Assembly (NCBI GenBank): GCA_028693645.1
Contig: JAQUUY010000001.1
Coordinates: 30,318 to 94,317, forward strand
Reading direction: 5' to 3'
Length of the DNA stretch: 64,000 bases
Source of the DNA: Eubacteriales bacterium
GTDB lineage: Bacteria > Bacillota > Clostridia > Peptostreptococcales > Anaerovoracaceae
In this document: piece by piece, positions 50,224 to 57,493 of the stretch
Layout of the letters: each line of letters begins with the position of its first letter
Position numbering within the stretch: the stretch's first letter is position 1
Notes under the pieces: generated by a model
Seen by the model: only the letters and a program-made list of their open reading frames with translations
Database searches by the model: none
What the model was told of the DNA's origin: nothing
Made by a program: the position numbers and the translations under genes

Positions 50224-50943
50224 ATGTTTAAGCTTGAGGAACTAAAGAAAGAAGAAATTGGCGGACGGCTTGTTTTGTCAATCGAAAACACGAAAGACTG
50301 GCCTCCGGTGTATCAGAAGCGAGTCTTGGAAAAAGGTTGCAAAGGGCTTTTGCAAATGACTTTTCTTGAGATCGAAGAGAATTGCAGGATTTACTATCAA
50401 GTGGATTCCTATAAACCATTCACGGATTACTTAGAGAGTTTGTTTTCGAACAAACGCGAACTTCACTCAAATCCAACAAGAGAAATCCTTCGTATTCTGA
50501 TAGATGTGCTGTCTTGTGTCTTAGATGCCGAAGATTGTTTGCTCTTTGTTGAAGCATTCGCCTTTAACAAGGATACCATCTTTGTCCATATTGATACGAA
50601 AGAAGTGCGGCTTGCCTATTTACCAACAACGAAAGCAGGGCAGACCGGCAATCCTTTTTTGAAAGAGCTGATTGAAGCAATCTCCAACCAATATCAGGAG
50701 GAACAATGGCAGTCTTGCGCTCAAGAATTGCTATGTGAAATCGAGCAAAAGAACAAAGGATCTCTTGAACTCATCAAATGGTTTAGAGAGAAAGCTCGAG
50801 ATTTGCATCTTCGTGGTTGGCCAAACGAAGAACTTGAAAGAAGTGTGGAGGGGGAAGTAGATAATTCCTTTGAAATCGCTGTCGATTGCCCAGAAAAAGC
50901 GGAGAAGAAAAGAAGCGTTTTCTCTTTTGATAAAAGAAAATAA
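50224..50943 (+). CDS. hypothetical soluble protein, last gene of the Tad-like operon
   Basis: 239 aa from ATG 50224 (RBS GGAGGA), starting 1 nt after the upstream stop. No TM helix and no motif recognised. Confidence 0.55.
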   Translation: MFKLEELKKEEIGGRLVLSIENTKDWPPVYQKRVLEKGCKGLLQMTFLEIEENCRIYYQVDSYKPFTDYLESLFSNKRELHSNPTREILRILIDVLSCVLDAEDCLLFVEAFAFNKDTIFVHIDTKEVRLAYLPTTKAGQTGNPFLKELIEAISNQYQEEQWQSCAQELLCEIEQKNKGSLELIKWFREKARDLHLRGWPNEELERSVEGEVDNSFEIAVDCPEKAEKKRSVFSFDKRK

Positions 50944-50944
50944 T

Positions 50945-50966
50945 AAGCCGGGCAAAAGCCCGGCTT
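50945..50966. terminator. bidirectional terminator hairpin
   Basis: AAGCCGGGC-AAAA-GCCCGGCTT, a perfect 9-bp stem. A T-rich tract follows on the minus-strand side. Confidence 0.75.
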
Positions 50967-50992
50967 GATTACGATGTTTGTGATACTTCTGA

Positions 50993-51160
50993 CTAACGAT
51001 CAGTTCTGACCTGTCTTCTTTCGTTCTTTTTTCTGTCTCTGCAATCCTTACATCTTTTTGGTTCGTTATCAAAACCTTTTTCCTTGTAGAACTCCTGCTC
51101 ACCTGCTGTAAACACGAATTCTGCGCCGCAATCCTGACATACGAGTGTTTTGTCTTCCAT
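50993..51160 (-). CDS. small zinc-ribbon protein (55 aa), not in the ORF track
   Basis: My translation: MEDKTLVCQDCGAEFVFTAGEQEFYKEKGFDNEPKRCKDCRDRKKNERRQVRTDR. RBS GGAGGA lies 10 nt upstream. CxxC...CxxC motif. Confidence 0.8.
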   Translation of the reverse strand: MEDKTLVCQDCGAEFVFTAGEQEFYKEKGFDNEPKRCKDCRDRKKNERRQVRTDR

Positions 51161-51424
51161 TGGTTCTTATCCTCCATAATACTTAGATGATTTTTTTTAA
51201 TATTTAAAATAGGATAATGGAGTCGACTTCCAAAATGATGATCGGACCATTGGGTATTTTAAATATCACAACCTAATTATATAGCGGTAGGGACTAATTG
51301 TCTATAATAAAAAGGTAAAATTGTGTATAAATTTTGAAAAATCTCATTATTTAATAATACTCTTGTTTTCTTCGGCTCTTATTGTGACACAATGGCAAAA
51401 CACCTTGCTTTTATAGGGGGCAGA

Positions 51425-51453
51425 TTGTTATTTTTTGCTTGCAATGATATAAT
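51425..51453 (+). promoter_or_regulatory. sigma-A promoter for the 51.5-kb operon
   Basis: TTGTTA, a 17-nt spacer, then TATAAT. The -10 is embraced by the inverted repeat CTTGCA...TGCAAG. Confidence 0.55.
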
Positions 51454-51507
51454 GCAAGGGTCGAAAAAATGTAATCTATTGAAACTGAAAAGTCAAGTTG
51501 GGATAAG

Positions 51508-52416
51508 ATGCTCGGATACATCGTTCCGGATAAGCCGGAATTAAAAATAAAAGAATATGATCTCTATTCCGGTTATTATTGTGGAATCTGCAAATCAATC
51601 GCAAGGAGATATGGGCAAGTGCCACGATTGGTATTGAACTACGATTCTGTTTTGCTTGCCTTGGTCATTTCTTCTCTTTTTGACGAACAGGAAAAGGCTT
51701 CGTTAGAACGTTGCCCCGTACATCCTTTGAAAAAAAGATTGATTGTGGCAGATCAACAGGGGATTGATTATGCAGCGGATATGATGCTCTTACTTGCTTA
51801 TTTTAAAGTACAAGATGATCTTCTCGATGAGCGGAATCTAAAGTCAGGGCTTGCTTCGTTTGCCTTGTCCGGAACTTTTAAAAAACTACTGAAAAAGTAT
51901 CCGGAGAAATGTATAATAGTCGAAGAAAACCTTGAAACGCTACATCGGCTGGAAAAAGAAAATTGTCCCTCTTTGGATCAAGCGGCAGAACCTTTTGCCA
52001 AATTGATGGAGGAAATTTTTGCAGAGAAAGAAGTTTCGCGAACAAAGGAAACCGGCGAAACGCTCAAACGAATCGGCTATCACATTGGGAAATGGATTTA
52101 CCTCATTGATGCGTTTGACGATATCGAAGAGAACAAGAAAAATGGCACGTACAATCCACTTCTTGCCGCTGAGATGAAACAAAAACACCTTGGCGAGAAA
52201 GCGGAAGCAACGAGTGTTGCAGGATTGCGAGAGGAGATACGACCGAGGATTGAATTCAATCTTCTCTACTATCTCGCAGAACTCGGTGCTGCTTGGGAAT
52301 CATTGGACAGAAAGAAAAATCAATCATTGATTGATAACATTATTTACATGGGGCTGTTACGAAAAACGGAACAGGTATTACAGAAAGGAACAACTAAAAA
52401 TGCAGAATCCGTATGA
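51508..52416 (+). CDS. uncharacterised protein (probably DUF5685-type) with isoprenoid-synthase-like Asp-rich motifs
   Basis: 302 aa. N-terminal YCGICKS...RCPVHP, plus QDDLLDE (aa ~102) and DAFDDIEENKKNGTYNPL (aa ~201). Composition suggests an all-helical protein. Confidence 0.6.
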   Translation: MLGYIVPDKPELKIKEYDLYSGYYCGICKSIARRYGQVPRLVLNYDSVLLALVISSLFDEQEKASLERCPVHPLKKRLIVADQQGIDYAADMMLLLAYFKVQDDLLDERNLKSGLASFALSGTFKKLLKKYPEKCIIVEENLETLHRLEKENCPSLDQAAEPFAKLMEEIFAEKEVSRTKETGETLKRIGYHIGKWIYLIDAFDDIEENKKNGTYNPLLAAEMKQKHLGEKAEATSVAGLREEIRPRIEFNLLYYLAELGAAWESLDRKKNQSLIDNIIYMGLLRKTEQVLQKGTTKNAESV

Positions 52417-52972
52417 GGTATTGGGAATCAAAGAGGGAGCAACAAAAGAAGAGATTAAAGCGGCTTATCGCGAACAGGTAAAGAAGTACCATCCGGATCG
52501 TCATCAAGACAATCCTTTGTACGAATTAGCCGAAGAAAAGCTTCAGGAAATCAATGAAGCATACGAAACGCTTACGAAAGATGGCGGAAACAGAACGTAT
52601 CGAAGCGGGACCGCCGGACCGGGTCAAACGCAAGATCTCCGCCAAGTGCGAGTATATATTGATAAGGGAAATCTGGGCGCAGCAGAAGCTGAATTGAATC
52701 GCAGTTCCATCAGAAACGCAGAGTGGTTTTATCTCTCTGGAATTTTATCGATGAGAAAAGGTTGGTATGATGATGCGATAAATAACATTCAGACAGCCTG
52801 CAGCATGGAACCTGCCAATTATGAATACCGAAATGCCATGAATAGCATGATGCAAACCTCGCAGGGCTACAGAACAACAGCCAACAATCGCGGTTACTCT
52901 AATTCGAATGATGAATTATGCAGAATGCTGCAATGTTATTGCTGTGCGGATGCACTTTGTGATTGTATGTAA
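52400..52972 (+). CDS. J-domain protein with a TPR-like middle and a C-terminal cysteine string
   Basis: 190 aa from ATG 52400. J domain YEVLGI...KKYHPDRH. The tail is CRMLQCYCCADALCDCM. Overlaps the upstream gene by 17 nt. Confidence 0.8.
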   Translation: MQNPYEVLGIKEGATKEEIKAAYREQVKKYHPDRHQDNPLYELAEEKLQEINEAYETLTKDGGNRTYRSGTAGPGQTQDLRQVRVYIDKGNLGAAEAELNRSSIRNAEWFYLSGILSMRKGWYDDAINNIQTACSMEPANYEYRNAMNSMMQTSQGYRTTANNRGYSNSNDELCRMLQCYCCADALCDCM

Positions 52973-52987
52973 CTCGTAGGAGAACCC

Positions 52988-53524
52988 ATGATAAGAAAAA
53001 AAAGTCCGGCCGCAAAATTGTCTTTTGGGGGAATCATGTTAGGACTATCATGGATTACCCTGTTTTTTGCTGCCTTCATTCCGGGAATGGAATTAACTCT
53101 TTTTTCGTTGTGTACGTTTTATGTGGTCCTCGTCGTTGGTGTGACATCCGTGGTTAATGGGTGGATTCTATATGCGGCGACCTGTCTTTTGGTACTTGTA
53201 ATGATACCGGACAAAATCGCGATTCTTCCGTATGTGTTTTTCTTTGGATTATACGGGCTTGTGAAGTTTTATATTGAAAGAATCAGGAAAACGCCGATAG
53301 AGTATCTGCTGAAACTCCTATTCTTTAACCTTTCTTGGGGCATCACTATTTTTGTATTTAAGAGTGCCTTTCTATCAAATATTGGACTGCCTGATCTTCC
53401 GGTCGCTGCTCTTGTAGTCGGAGCGCAGTTTATGTTCGTTCTCTACGATCAAATATTAACAAGGCTTTACAGCTATTTTCATAGGCGCTTTGGCCGACTG
53501 ATTGAAGGAAGGATGTTTAGATGA
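52988..53524 (+). CDS. polytopic membrane protein of unknown function
   Basis: 178 aa, about 5 TM helices. RBS AGGAGA. ATGA-coupled to rarA. Confidence 0.6.
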   Translation: MIRKKSPAAKLSFGGIMLGLSWITLFFAAFIPGMELTLFSLCTFYVVLVVGVTSVVNGWILYAATCLLVLVMIPDKIAILPYVFFFGLYGLVKFYIERIRKTPIEYLLKLLFFNLSWGITIFVFKSAFLSNIGLPDLPVAALVVGAQFMFVLYDQILTRLYSYFHRRFGRLIEGRMFR

Positions 53525-54807
53525 TCCCCTTATCGACGCGGATGCGACCGACTGATCTGGATGGTTTTTACGGGCAAGAACACTTTATTTATAAAGGGTC
53601 CTTGCTTTATAATGCAATCAAAAATAAGACCTTTGATTCTGCGATTTTTTTTGGACCTTCCGGCACAGGCAAAACCACACTGGCGCGATTGATTGCGAAG
53701 GAGATGGATTCTGATTTTTATGAACTCAATGCTTCTACCTGTGGAATCAAAGAACTCAAAGAAATTCTTGAAAAAAGCAAGGATCGTTTATTTGGATTTC
53801 AAAAAGAACAGACCTATCTGTACATCGATGAATTTCATCGTTGGAATAAATTGCAACAGGATTCGCTTCTGAAAGCCTTGGAAGAGGGCATCGTTCGTTT
53901 TATCGGAAGCACAACAGAGAATCCATATTTCTCGGTCAACAATGCGATACTGAGCCGCGTTCGTTCTATTTACGAATTCAAAAAACTGAAACCCGAAGAC
54001 CTCTACCTGATTATGGTAAATGCCTTGCAGAACAAAGAAAGAGGCTTAGGAAAACAAGATCTTTCGTTTGAGAAAGAGGCACTTAGGGCACTTTCTGAAA
54101 TGTCAGCCGGTGATGCACGCATTGCCTTGGATACGCTTGGTTTTATCGCAGATAATCTGCCACTCGGGGCGCGGATTGAACTATCCACAATTGGCGAAGC
54201 GATGCAAAAGCAGACTCAATTCTATGACAAAAAAGAAGACAAATATAATTTGTTATCTGCACTTCAAAAGTCGATTAGAGGAAGTGATCCCGATGCGGCG
54301 ATTCATTATCTCGCCCGTCTTCTTGATGGAGGAGCAGACGTCGTGATGGTGGGGCGAAGGCTTCTGGTGATTGCCAGCGAAGATATCGGAATGGCATATC
54401 CTCAGGCAATCAGTATCGTCACTGCCTGCGTGCAGGCCGCACAAATGGTAGGCTTGCCGGAAGCAAGGATTAATCTTTCACAAGCGGTCATCCTATTGGC
54501 ATCTTGTCCTAAAAGCAATTCCACGATTATCGCAATTGATAGTGCCACAAACGATCTTCATAAGAAAAACATCGATGACATACCCAATCATTTGAAAGAT
54601 GCGCATTATGCAGGCGCTGAAAAAAGAGGGCTTGGATTGACGTATCAATACCCGCACGCCTTTGGTGGATATGTGAAACAACAATATCTGCCTGACAATC
54701 TTCACCGCGAAGGGGTGAGGTATTATGCACCGACAGAAAACGGAAAAGAAGGGTCCTTTAAAAGATTTCTTGAAAGTTTGAGAAAGAGTGTGGAACATGA
54801 AGATTAA
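53521..54807 (+). CDS. rarA: replication-associated recombination protein A
   Basis: 428 aa. Walker A GPSGTGKTTLA and a MgsA C-terminal domain. Confidence 0.93.
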   Translation: MIPLSTRMRPTDLDGFYGQEHFIYKGSLLYNAIKNKTFDSAIFFGPSGTGKTTLARLIAKEMDSDFYELNASTCGIKELKEILEKSKDRLFGFQKEQTYLYIDEFHRWNKLQQDSLLKALEEGIVRFIGSTTENPYFSVNNAILSRVRSIYEFKKLKPEDLYLIMVNALQNKERGLGKQDLSFEKEALRALSEMSAGDARIALDTLGFIADNLPLGARIELSTIGEAMQKQTQFYDKKEDKYNLLSALQKSIRGSDPDAAIHYLARLLDGGADVVMVGRRLLVIASEDIGMAYPQAISIVTACVQAAQMVGLPEARINLSQAVILLASCPKSNSTIIAIDSATNDLHKKNIDDIPNHLKDAHYAGAEKRGLGLTYQYPHAFGGYVKQQYLPDNLHREGVRYYAPTENGKEGSFKRFLESLRKSVEHED

Positions 54808-56908
54808 AATCGCGGAGCATGCGGGTTTTTGCTTTGGAGTAAAAGAAGCGTTGGAAAAAACCAAAAAAACGATTGAACAGAACAAAGGAAAAGATATTAA
54901 AATATATACCTGTGGACCTTTAATCCATAACCGGACGGTAACCGGAGAACTGCGTGAGCAAGGGGTGGTCGAAATCGAATCCCCCGCAGAAGCAGAACGG
55001 GGTTCTATCGTGATTGTGCGTTCTCATGGCGAACCGGAACGATTTTACCAACAAGCAAAAGACCGAGAACTTTGCATTGTAGATGCCACGTGTCCTTTTG
55101 TATCGAAAATTCATGATCTTGTGCGAGAAGCCTCCTTAAAAGGGCGTAATGTCATTGTTGTTGGTGATGCCACACATCCGGAAGTCATTGGAACGACAGG
55201 CTGGGCAGGAGATCATTGTCTTGTGATTGATACTCTCGAAATGGCAAAGAAAATAGAGTTGGATCATATCACGCTTGTTGCGCAGACGACGATTACCGAA
55301 GAATTATGGAAAAGCATTGCGGACTGTTTTATGAAAAACAAAGAAGATGTCATTGCGCTTCACACGATTTGCAATGCGACGACAGAACGGCAGAGAAGCT
55401 GCGAAAATCTTGCAAAAGAATCGGATGCTATGATTGTAATCGGTGATCCCAAAAGCGCGAATTCGACTAAACTTTACGAAATTGCATCTAAATACTGCGA
55501 AAAAACACATTTTGTAGACACTCCGGCAGATTTACCATTGAAAGAATTGGCAAAGTGCGATACAATAGGAGTTGCGGCAGGAGCTTCAACTCCTGAACGT
55601 ATAATTAAGGAGGTTATTGCTACCATGAGTGAAATTTTCACTGAAAAAGAATTAAAGTCCCAAGACGCTGCAGTAAATACCGCAGTCGAGGATGACGAAG
55701 AAGAAGAATTTAACATGATGCACGAGTTCATGGAACAGATCGATAAGTCTCTCAGATTGCCAAATCGCGGAGAAATCGTCGAAGGTGAAATCGTACAGGT
55801 CACAAGCAGGGAAATCGTTGTAAATCTCGGATGTAAAAAAGATGGCATCATTCCCAAAGATGAGCTCGTTCTCGAAGGTGAACAGGATCTAAACGTTCTT
55901 TATAAAGAAGGCGATGTGATTCAGGCAAAAGTCATCAAGACAGACGACGGCGACGGAAATATCCTTTTGTCGCGTAAAAAGCTCGAGGTCATAGAGCATT
56001 GGGACGAAATCAATGATGCACTTGACAATAAATTAGTTGTAAACGCGAAAGTCGTCAAAGAAGTCAAAGGCGGCGTCATCGCGATGTACAAAGAAGTCTC
56101 CGGCTTTATCCCGATGTCGCAGCTTTCCGACAAATTTGTCGAAAAAGCAGACGAATTCATTGGAAAGACATTGCCGGTCAAAGTCAGTCGTGTTGATCAA
56201 AAGAGAAACAAGGCTGTATTCTCACACAAAGCTTATCTTGCAGAAGAGAAGCAAAAGAAAGTCCAGGAAATCTGGGATGCTCTCAGTGTGGGAGATGTTG
56301 TTGAAGGTGTCGTAATGCGCTTTACCGATTACGGTGCGTTTGTAGACATCGGCGGACTTGACGGACTTCTTCATATTTCGGAAATTTCTTGGGGCAAGCT
56401 AAAGCACCCACAGGAAGCTCTTGAAATCGGAGAAAAAGTCCAGGTCAAAATCCTGTCAATGAACAGCGAAAAAGGAAAGATCTCGCTTGGTCTCAAGCAG
56501 AACCAACCGGAACCTTGGATGATTATCGATGAGAAATATCAAATCGGACAGGTCATTGAAGGCAAAGTAGTTCAGATCAAAGAATATGGTGCTTTTGTAG
56601 AACTCGAGCCGGGTCTTGATGGACTTGTACATATTTCGGAGATTGCTCACAAGCGTGTTACAAACATTGCTGATGAACTTACTGTCGGACAGGAAGTTCA
56701 GGCTAAGATCCTTGAAATCGACAAAGAGAGAAGAAGAATCAGTCTTTCTATCAAAGAAACCATTGAGCCTTCCCTTTTCGATGAAGCAGCAGAAACTGTT
56801 GAAAATGCAGTAGAAGCAGCAACAGATGCGGTGAAAGAAGTAGCTGAAACCGTAGCTGATAAAATCGAAGAGATCGTTGAAGATGTCAAAGAAAAGATCG
56901 AAGACTAG
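54797..56908 (+). CDS. ispH: bifunctional 4-hydroxy-3-methylbut-2-enyl diphosphate reductase / ribosomal protein S1 fusion
   Basis: The N-terminal ~280 aa is IspH (HAGFCFGV, conserved Cys). It is followed by four S1 repeats (GEIVEGEIV..., GDVVEGVV..., GQVIEGKVV...). Confidence 0.92.
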   Translation: MKIKIAEHAGFCFGVKEALEKTKKTIEQNKGKDIKIYTCGPLIHNRTVTGELREQGVVEIESPAEAERGSIVIVRSHGEPERFYQQAKDRELCIVDATCPFVSKIHDLVREASLKGRNVIVVGDATHPEVIGTTGWAGDHCLVIDTLEMAKKIELDHITLVAQTTITEELWKSIADCFMKNKEDVIALHTICNATTERQRSCENLAKESDAMIVIGDPKSANSTKLYEIASKYCEKTHFVDTPADLPLKELAKCDTIGVAAGASTPERIIKEVIATMSEIFTEKELKSQDAAVNTAVEDDEEEEFNMMHEFMEQIDKSLRLPNRGEIVEGEIVQVTSREIVVNLGCKKDGIIPKDELVLEGEQDLNVLYKEGDVIQAKVIKTDDGDGNILLSRKKLEVIEHWDEINDALDNKLVVNAKVVKEVKGGVIAMYKEVSGFIPMSQLSDKFVEKADEFIGKTLPVKVSRVDQKRNKAVFSHKAYLAEEKQKKVQEIWDALSVGDVVEGVVMRFTDYGAFVDIGGLDGLLHISEISWGKLKHPQEALEIGEKVQVKILSMNSEKGKISLGLKQNQPEPWMIIDEKYQIGQVIEGKVVQIKEYGAFVELEPGLDGLVHISEIAHKRVTNIADELTVGQEVQAKILEIDKERRRISLSIKETIEPSLFDEAAETVENAVEAATDAVKEVAETVADKIEEIVEDVKEKIED

Positions 56909-56928
56909 TAGTAGTTGAAAAGCAAAAG

Positions 56929-56976
56929 CGAGCTGCTTCGGCGAAGAGGAATTCTCTTCGTTGAAGCAGCTCTTTT
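56929..56976 (+). terminator. compound rho-independent terminator
   Basis: Outer stem GAGCTGCTTC/GAAGCAGCTC and inner stem CGAAGAG/CTCTTCG, followed by TTTT. Confidence 0.8.
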
Positions 56977-56995
56977 GGATTGGTATGGTGCATAA

Positions 56996-57493
56996 ATGAA
57001 AAATATCATTATGATTGGAATGCCCGGCTGCGGAAAAAGCACGGTTGGGGTTATCCTCGCAAAGACTCTCGGCAAGAATTTTCTTGATACCGACCTTTTG
57101 ATTCAGATAAGGGAAGGTGACTTGTTGCAAAATCTTATCGACAGGAAAGGTATGGATGTTTTTCTCGCAGCGGAAGAAAAAGCTTTACTTTCAATTGAAA
57201 GTGAAGATACCGTGATTGCAACAGGCGGAAGTGCGGTTTACAGTGATATAGCAATGAAATACCTTTCGACAATAGGGACTATCGTTTATCTGGAACTTTC
57301 CTATGAAACGATTTGTCAACGCCTCGATAACATCAATACTCGGGGAATTGCCATGGGAGAAGGCGAGACGCTTAAAAACTTATATGAAAAAAGGATACCA
57401 CTGTACGAGACGTACGCTGATATCCGTGTGAATGTTGAAGGCTTGAATGTCGAAAAAAGCGTCGAAGCTATTATTTCAGAGCTTCTGCAATGA
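56996..57493 (+). CDS. aroK: shikimate kinase
   Basis: 165 aa. Walker A GMPGCGKSTVG. Confidence 0.92.
   Translation: MKNIIMIGMPGCGKSTVGVILAKTLGKNFLDTDLLIQIREGDLLQNLIDRKGMDVFLAAEEKALLSIESEDTVIATGGSAVYSDIAMKYLSTIGTIVYLELSYETICQRLDNINTRGIAMGEGETLKNLYEKRIPLYETYADIRVNVEGLNVEKSVEAIISELLQ

Noticed and set aside
43112-50943. The Tad-like operon as a horizontally acquired mobile island.
   Set aside because: I found no integrase, transposase, tRNA target or flanking direct repeats. By eye, composition and codon style look like the surrounding core genes. Horizontal origin cannot be excluded without comparative genomics.
50731-51177. 148-aa minus-strand ORF from the track.
   Set aside because: It runs through a perfect terminator hairpin and antisense into the last pilus-operon gene. 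The RBS at 51171-51175 is only about 1 nt from the 51177 ATG, which is too close to serve it. It is correctly spaced for the ATG at 51160 in another frame, which gives the 55-aa zinc-ribbon protein.
51217-51276. 19-aa + strand mini-ORF (MESTSKMMIGPLGILNITT) in the AT-rich spacer.
   Set aside because: The AGGA is only 3 nt from the ATG, there is no conservation argument, and the ORF lies in the probable promoter region of the divergent zinc-ribbon gene.
56456-57130. 224-aa minus-strand ORF.
   Set aside because: It is antisense to the S1 repeats of ispH/rpsA and to the start of aroK, and it crosses a strong terminator hairpin. No RBS.
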